DNA from: the human T2T-CHM13v2.0 reference genome, Homo sapiens
Length of the DNA: 64,000 nt
NCBI RefSeq assembly: GCF_009914755.1
Contig: NC_060931.1
Direction: 5' to 3' (one strand)
Shown here piece after piece: positions 55,401-64,000 of the stretch. The translations under genes and the position numbers were made by a program. Under the pieces are notes generated by a model. That model searched no databases. It saw nothing but the letters and a program-made list of their open reading frames with translations, and was not told the DNA's origin. Positions within the stretch are counted from its first letter, which is position 1; each line of letters begins with the position of its first letter.

Positions 55401-58400
55401 ACTGATTCGTGATGTGCGCATTCATTTCACAGAGTTAAACTGTTCTCTTCATTCAGCAGTTTAGAAACACTGTTTTCTTAGAATCTGCAAAGAAATATTT
55501 GGAAGAGTGTGGAGGCCAATGGTGAAAAAGGAAATATCTTCAGTTAAAAACTAAAAAGAATCTTAATGAGAAACTTTTGGGATGTGTGCATTCATCTCAG
55601 AGAGTTAAACCTTTCTTTTCATTTAGCAGTTTGGAGACACTGATTTGCTACAATCTGTGAAGAGATATTTGGTAGTGCATTGAAACCTATGCTGAAAAAG
55701 GAAATGTCTTCATTTAAAAACCAGAAAGAAACTTAATGAGAAACTGGTTTTGGTTGTGTGCATTCACCTCACAGAGTTAAACCTTTCTTTGGATTCAGCA
55801 GTGTAGTAACACTGTTTTTGTCCGTTCTGCGAGTGGACATTTGGGGGCTCATTGAGGCCAATGGCGAAAAAGAGAATATTACAGGAAAAAAAGTAGAAGG
55901 AAGCTATCTGAGAAATCGCTTTGTGATGTATGCATTCATCTAGCAGAGTTAAACCTTTCTTTTCTTTCAGCAGTTTGGAAATATTGTTTTTATAGAAACT
56001 GCAAAAGGATACTTGGTAGTGCTTTGAGGCCTTTGGTGAGTAAGAAATATGTTCAGATAAAAACTAGAAAGAGCAGTTTGGAAACACTCTTTTCTGAGAA
56101 TCTTCAAAGAGATATTTGGAAGAGTATGGGGGCCAATGGTGAAAAAGGAAATATCTTCAATTAAAAACTAGAAAGAAGCTTAATGAGAAACTGGCTTGGG
56201 ATGTGTACATTCATCTAAGAGAGTTAAACTTTTCTTTGGATCGAGCAGTTTCTTAACACTGTTTTTGTCCATTCTGTGAATGGACTTTGGGAGCTCATTG
56301 ACGGCAATGGTGAATAAGCAAATATCTCAGGATTAAAACTAGAAGGAAGTGATCTGAGAAACTGCTTTGTGAAGTGAGCATTCATCTAGCAGAGATAAAC
56401 CTTCCTTTTCATTTAGTAGTTTGGAAACACTGTTTTTTTAGAAACTGCAAAAGGAAATTTGGGAGTGCATTGAGGCCCATGGTGAAAAAGGAACTATCTT
56501 AAGATAAAAACTAGAATGAACCTTTCTGAGAAAATGCTTTCTGATGTTTGCATTCATTTCACAGAATGAAACATTTCTCTGGATTCAGCAGTTTGGAAAC
56601 ACTGTTGTTGTAGAATCTGTGAAAGGATGTTTGGTAGCTCTTTGAGGTCAATGGTGAAAAAGTGAATATCACAATATAAAAACTAGAATGAAGGTATTTG
56701 AGAAACTGCTTTGTGATATGTGCATTCACCTCACAAAATTAAACTTTTCTTTTCATTCAGCAGATTGTAAACACTGTTTTCCTAGAGTCTGCAAAGTGAT
56801 ATATGGGAGTGCTTTGAGGCCTATGGTGAAAAAGGAAATATCTTCAGGTAAAAACTAGAAAGAAGCTTTCTGATAAACTGCTTTGTGATGTGTATATTCA
56901 TCTCACAGAATTCAAACTTTCTGCTTATTGAGTACTTTGCAAACACTGTTTTTGTCCATTCTGTGAATGGACATTTGGGAGCTTTTTGAGGTTAATGGCA
57001 GAAAAGTGAATATCCCAAGATAAAAACTAGAAGGAAGATATTTGAGAAATTGCTTTGTGATGTGTGCATTTATCTCACAGAGTTAAACCTTTCTTTTCAT
57101 TCAGCAGTTTGGAAACATTGTTTTCAAAGTATTTATGAATGGATATCTGGGAGCGCCTTGAAGCCAATGGCGAAAAAGGAAATATCTTCACATAAAAACT
57201 AGAAACAAGCATTCTGAGAAACTGCTTTGTGATGTTTGCATTCATCTCACAGAGATAAACATGTCTGTGGATTCAGCAGTTTGCAAACACTGTTTTTGTC
57301 CATTCTGTGAATGGACGTTTGTGAGCTCATTGAGGCCAATGGTGAAAAAAGGAATATTGAAAGGTAAAAACTAGAAGGAAGCTATTTGAGCAATTGATTT
57401 TGATGTGTGAATTCTCACAGAGCTAAAACCTTCTTTTCATTCAGCAGTCTGGAAACAGTGTTTTGGCAGAATCCACGAAGGGATATTTAGGATTGCATTG
57501 TGATCTATGGTGAAAAATGAAATATCTTCTGATAAAAACTAGAAAGAAACTTTCTGAGAAACTGCATTGTGATCTGTGCATTCTTATCACAGAGTTAAAC
57601 CTTTCTGTGCATTCAGCAGTTTGCAAACACTATTGTAGAATCTGTTAATGGACATTTGGGAGCTCATTGATTCCAATGGTGAAAAAGGGACTATCCCAGG
57701 ATAAAAACTAAAACGAAGCTATCTGAATAACTGCTTTCTGATGTGTGCGTTCACCTCGTAAATTTAAAATGTTCTATTCATACAGCAGTCTGGAAACACT
57801 GTCTTGGCAGAATCTACAAAGGGTTATTTTGAGTGCATTTAGGCCTATGGTAAAAAAGGAAATATCTTCAGATAAAAACATAAAGAGTCTTACTGAGAAA
57901 CTGCTTTATGATGTGTGCATTCATTTCACAGAGTTAAACCTTCCTATGGAATCAGCAATTTGGAAACTGTTGTTGTAGGATCTACAAAGGGATTTTTAGA
58001 AACTCATTGAGATCAATGGCAAAAAAGCAAATATTCCAGGATAAAAACTGGAAGAAAGCTATTTGAGAAAGCTCTTTGTGATGTGTGCATTCATCTCGAA
58101 AAATTAAACCTTTCTTTGGATTCAGCAATTTGGAAACCCTGTTTCTGTAGAGTCTGCGAATGGACATTTTGGAGCTCACTGAAGCCAATGGCAAAAAAGT
58201 GAATATCCCGGGATAAAAACTAGAAAGACGCTTTCTGAGAAACTGCATTTTCATCTGTGCATTCATCTTACAGAGTTAAACCTTTCAGTGTATTCAGCCA
58301 TTTGTAAACACAGTTTTTGCTCATTCTGTGAATGTACATTTAGGAGATCATTGAGGCCAAATGTGAAAAAGCAAATATCCCAGGATGAAAACTAGAAGGA

Positions 58401-61400
58401 AGCTATCTGAGAAACTGTGTGTGATGTGTTCATTCACCTCATAGAGGTAAAACTTTCTCTTCATTCAGCAGTTGGGATACACTGTTTTGGCAGAATTCCT
58501 GAAGGTGTATTGGGGAGAGATAGAGGCCTATGGTGAAAGAGGAAATATCTTTAAATAAAAACTAGAGAGAAGCTTTCTGAAAAACTGCTTTGTGATGTGT
58601 GCATTTCTCTCAAAAAGTTAAACTTTTCCTTGGATTCAGCAGTTTGGAAACACTGTTGTCATAGAATCTGTGAAGGGATACTTGGTAGCTTAATGAGGCC
58701 AAAGTTGTAAAATCGAATATCCCAGGAAAAAAAATTAGAAGAATTCTATCTGAGAAACCACTTTGTGATGTGTGCATTTATCTCTCAGAATTAAAACTTT
58801 CTTTTAAAATTTTCCTGTGGATTCAACAGTTTGCAAACCCTGATTTGTTCATTCTGTGAAAGGAAATTTCTTCAGCTCATTGAAACTAACGGTGATAAAG
58901 TGAATATCCCGGGTGGATTCAACAGTTTGCAAACTCTGTTTTTGTCCATTCTGTGAAAAGAAATTTCTTCAGCTCATTGAAATCAATGGTGATAAAACAA
59001 ATATCCCGGGATAAAAACTAGAAGAAAACTTTCTGAGAAAGTGCTTAATGATATGTGTATTCATCTCACAAAGAAAAAACTTTCTTTTCATTCAGAAGTA
59101 TGGAAACACTCTTTTGCAAGAATCTGTGAAGGGATATTTGGGAGCACATTGAGACCTATGGTGAAAAAGGAAATATCTTCAAATAAACACTAGAAAGAAG
59201 CTTTCTGAGAAACTGCTTTGTCATGTGTGTACTCATCTCACAGAATTAAACATTTCTTTGGATTCAGCAGTTTGGAAACACTGTTGCTGTAGAATGTGCA
59301 AAGGGATATTTTGGATCTTAATGAGGCCAGTGGCATAAAAACGAATATCCGAGGGAAAAAAATCTAGAAGAAAGCTATCTGATAAAACACTTTGTGATGT
59401 GTACATTCATCTCTCAGCATTAAAACTTTCTTTTCATTCAGCAGTTTGGAAACACTGTTTTGTAGAATCTGCCAAGTTACATTTGGGAGTGCATTAAGAC
59501 CTATGGTGAAAAAGGAAATATCTTCAGATGAAAACTAGAAAGAAGCATTCTGAGAAACTGCTTAATGATGAGTGCATTCATCTCACAGAATTAAATATTT
59601 CTGAGGATTCAGCCGTTTGCAAACACTGTGTTTGTCCAATCTGCAAAAGGACATTTGGGAGCTCCTTGAGACCAATAACCAAACAGTAAATATCCAAGGA
59701 TAAAAACGAGAAACAAGCTATCTGAGAAACTGCTTTGTGATGTGTGCATTCACCTCACAGATTTAAAACTTCCTTTTCAATCAGCAGTTTAGAAACTCTG
59801 TTTTTGTAGAATTTGTGAAGAAATATCTGGGACTGCATTGAGACCTATGGTGAAAAAGGAAATGTCTTCAGATAAAAACTAGAAAGAAGCTTTCTGAGAA
59901 ACTGCTTTGTGATGTGTGCTTTCATCTGTAGAATCTGTGAAGTGATATCTGGGAGTGCATTGAGGCCTATGGTGAAAAAGGAAATAGCTTCAAATAAAAA
60001 CTATAAAGAGGCTTTCTGATAAACTGCTTTGTAATGTGTGCATTCACCTTGCAGTGCTAAAACTTTCTTTTCAAATGGCAGTCTAGAAACACTGTTTTGG
60101 AAGAACCCATGAAGGTATATTTGGAAGTGCTTTGAGGCCTATGGTGAAAAAGGAAATATCTTCAGATAAAAACTAGAAAGAAGCTTTTTGAGAAACTGCT
60201 TGTGATGAGTTCATTCAACTCACAGAGTTAAACATTTCTTTGGATTCAGCAGTTTGGAAACACCATTATTGTAGAATCTGCAAAGGGATATTCCGGAGGT
60301 TAATGAGGCCAACAATGACACAGCAAATATCCCAGGAAAAAAACTAGAAGGAAGCAATCTGAGAAATTGCTTTGTGATGTGTGCATTCATCTCACAGAGG
60401 TAAAATTTATTTTCATTCAGCAGTTTCAAAACACTGTTTTCGTAGAATCTGTGAAGGGATATCTTGGAGCACATTGAGGTTTATGGTGAAAAAGTAAATA
60501 TATTCAGATACAAACTAGAAAGAAGCTTTCTACAAATATGTTTGTGACGTGGGCATTCATCTCGCAGAGTTATAACTTTCTGTGCATTCAACACTTTGCA
60601 AACACTGATTTTGTTTATTCTGTGAATGAACATTTGAGAGCTCATTGAAGCCAATGGCAAAAAAGTGAATATGCCAGGACAAAAAGTACAAATAAGCTAT
60701 CTGAGAAACTGCTTTGTGATGTGTGTGCATTCACCTCACATATTTAAAACTTTCTTTTCATACAGCAGTCTGGAAAAACTGTTTTGGCAGAATCTGTGAA
60801 GGGATATTTGGGAGCACATTAAGGCCCATGGTGAAAAAATAAATTTTTTCAGATAAAAAGTAGAAAGAAGCATTCTGAGAAACTTATTTGTGATGTGTTC
60901 ACTCATCTCACAGAGTTAAACCTTTCTTTGGATTTAGCATTTTGGAAACACTGTTGTTGTAGAATCCACAAAGGGATATTTGGGAGTTCATTGAGGCCAA
61001 TGGCGAGAAAGTGAACATCCCAGGATAAAAACCAGAAAGAAGCTCTCTGAGAAACCTCTTTGTGATGCATGCATTCAACTCACAGAGTTAAAAGTTTCTT
61101 TTCATACAACAGTCTGGAAAAAATCTTTTGGCAGGATCCATGAAGGGATATTTGGGAGTGCATTGAGGCCTATGGTGAAAAAGGAAATATCTTCAGATAA
61201 AAACTAGAATGAAGCTTTCCGAGAAACAGCTTTTTGATGTGTGCATTCATCTCACAGAGTTAGAATTTTCTTTGGATTCAGCAGGTTGGAAACACTGTTT
61301 TTATACAATCCGCAAACGGATATTTGGGAACTCATTGAGGCCAGTGGCAAAAAAGCAAAAATCCCAGGTTAAAAACTACAAAGAAACTATCTGAGAAGCC

Positions 61401-64000
61401 TCTTTGTGATGTGTGCATTCACCTCACAGAGTTAAAAGTTTCTTTTCATACAGTAGTCTGGAAACACTGTTTGGCAGAATCTGCAAAGGGATATTTGGGA
61501 GCGCATTCAGGCCAATGGTGTAAAAGGAAATATCTTCAGATAAAAACTAGAAAGGAGCTTTATGAAAAACTCTTTTATGATGTGTGCAGTCACCTCACAG
61601 AGTTAAACCTTTCTGTGGATTCAGCCATTTGCAAACACTATTTTGTCCATTCTGAGAATGGACATTTGGGTGCTCATTGAGCTCAATTGGCCAATTGCAG
61701 AAAAGTGAATATCCCAGGATAAAAATAAGAAGGAAGTTATTTTAAAAACCGATTTCTGACGTGTGCATTCACCCCAGAGACATAAACTTTTCTTTTCATT
61801 CAACAGTCTGAAAACACTATTTTCCAGAAACCACAAAGAGATATTTGGGAGCACATAGGGGCCAATGGTGTAAAAGCAAATATCTTCACATAAAAACTCG
61901 AAAGATTTCTGAGAAAGAGTTTGTGATATGTGCATTCATCTCACAGAGCTAAACCTTTCTTTAGATTCAGCAGTTTGGAAACACTATTGTTGTAGGATCT
62001 GCAAAGGGATATTTGGTAGCTAATTGAGTCCAATGGTGAAAAAGCAAATATCCCAGGATAAAACTAGAGGCAATCTATCTGAGAAATCGTTTGTGACGCG
62101 TGAATTGACTTCACACAGAAAAAAATTTCTTTTCATTCAGCAGTCTGTAAACACTGTTTTGGCAGAATCCGCAAAGATACATGTGGGAGTGCATTGAGAC
62201 CTATGGTGAAAAAGGAAATATCTTCCAATAAAAACTAGAAAGAAACTTGCTGAGAAACTGCTTTGTGATGTGTGCATTCAACTCACAGATTTAAACTTTT
62301 CTGTGGATTCAGCAGTTTGCAAACACTGTTTTTTCCATTCTGCAAATGGACATTTGGGAGCTCATTGAGGCCAGTGACAAAAAAACCAATATCCCAGGAT
62401 AAAAGCTGGTAGAAAGCTATTTGAGAAACTGCATTGTGGTGTGTGCATTCATCTCACAGAGATAAACCTTTCTCTTCATTCAGTAGTCTGGAAACACTGT
62501 TTGCCAGAAGCCACGAAGGAATATTTGGGAGAGCATAGATACCAGTGGTGAGAAAGGAAATATCTTCAGATAAAAATTAGAAAGAAGCTTTCTGAGAAAC
62601 AGCTTTGTGATGTGTGCATTCATCTCACAGAGTTAAACCTTTCTGTGGATTCAACAGTTTGCAAATTCTCTTTTTGCCCTTCTGCAAATAGAAATTTTTG
62701 AGCTTATTGATGCCAATGGCAAAAAAGTGAGTATCCCAGGATAGAAAATAGAAAGAAGCTATTTTAGAAACCGCTTTTTGATGTCTGCATTCTTCTCTCA
62801 GAGTTAAACCTGTCTTTTCTTGCAGCAGTTTGTAAACCCTGTTTTCATAGAATCTATGAAGGGATATCTGCAAGCACATTGAGACCTATGGAGAAAAAAG
62901 AAATATCTTCAGATAAAAACTAGAAAGAAGGTTTCTGAGAAACTCCTTTGTGATGCTTGCATTCATCTCAAGAGTTAAACCTTTCTTTGGATTCAGCAGT
63001 TTGGAAACACAGTTGTTGTAGAATCTGTGAAGGGATATGTGGGAGCTCATTGAGGCAAATGGCAAAGAAGTAAGTATCCCAACATAAAAACTAGAAGGAA
63101 GCTCTTTGAGAAACTGCCTTGTGATATTTGCGTTCATCTCACAGAGTTAAAATTTGTTTTCACAGAATAGTTGGGAAACACTGTTTTCATAGAATCTGCA
63201 AAGTTATATTTGGGAGCGCTTTGAGACCTATGGTGAAAAAGGAAATAACTTCAGAAAAAAAGCTAGAAAGAAACTTTCTGGGAAACTGCATTGTGATGTG
63301 TGCATTCATCTCACACAGTTAAAGCCTTCTGTGGAATCATCAGTCTAGAAACACTGTTTCTCTCCATTCTGCAAATGGACATTTGAGATCTCCTTGAGGC
63401 CAATGGTGGAAAAGGGAATAATCCAGGGTAAAAACTGGAAGGAAGTTATCTATGAAACCGCTTTCAAAGTATGAATTCACCTCTCAGAGATAAACCTTTC
63501 TTTTCATTCAGCATTCTGGAAAAACTGTTTTGGCAGAATCTGCAAAGGGATATTTTGGAGCGCATTGAGGCCTGTGGTGAAAAAGGAAATATCTTCAGAG
63601 AAAAACTAGATAAAAGCTTTCTGAGAAACTGCTTTGTGATGTGTGCAGTCACCTCACAGAGTTAAGCCATTCTTTTGATTAGGCAGTTTGGAAACACTGT
63701 TGTTTTAGAGTCTGCGAAGGGATATTTGGGAGCTTAAAGAGGCCAAAGGCGAAAAAGCGAACACCCCAGGAAAAACGGAAAGGAAACTATCTGAGAATCC
63801 GCTTTGTGATGTGTTCATTCATCTCTCAGAGTTAAACCTTTCTTTTCATCCAGCAGCTTGAAAACACTGTTTTTGTGGTACCTGTGAAGTTATATTTGGG
63901 CGCACATCCAGGCCTATAGGGAAAATGGAAATATCTTCAGATAAAAATGAGAAAGAAGCTTTCTGAGAAGCTGATTTCTAATGTGTGAATTCATCTCACA
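49424..64000 (+). repeat. Alpha satellite, forward orientation to the window end
   Basis: Forward motifs resume at CTGTTTTTGTCCATTCTGCGAATGGAC. Confidence 0.98.

Noticed and set aside
16833-64000. Active centromere core (live HOR array)
   Set aside because: Monomers are too divergent, there is no homogeneous HOR or visible CENP-B box, and the array has strand switches and truncated monomers.

Overview
Primate (human/great-ape type) pericentromeric DNA with no host genes. About 55 kb is diverged, non-HOR alpha satellite (~171-bp monomers). Most of it alternates two A-type monomers (~342-bp dimer). pJ-alpha-type boxes recur and I saw no CENP-B box, which fits an old, inactive centromeric layer. 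Orientation flips twice, giving a reverse block at ~33559-49423. All four retroelements lie in the first 17 kb: a 5'-truncated L1PA2/3-like element with a perfect 11-bp TSD, two diverged AluY-like copies that look like one insertion duplicated within a ~990-bp unit, and a decayed full-length L1PA5-like element. The most notable structure is that L1. It carries ~730 bp of non-satellite 3' flank, including an ancient L2 tail with AATAAA signals. It also appears to retain both copies of its parent's TSD (CTCTGAAAGTGA) inside a second, degenerate TSD in the satellite. This reads as a traceable 3' (plus micro-5') transduction into satellite. The array also shows relic multi-monomer duplications, a ~54-kb-spaced paralogous block with the empty site of the short L1, and several hairpin-templated scars. 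I find no credible new protein-coding system. Subfamily calls are from recalled consensus diagnostics and need RepeatMasker/HMM confirmation.
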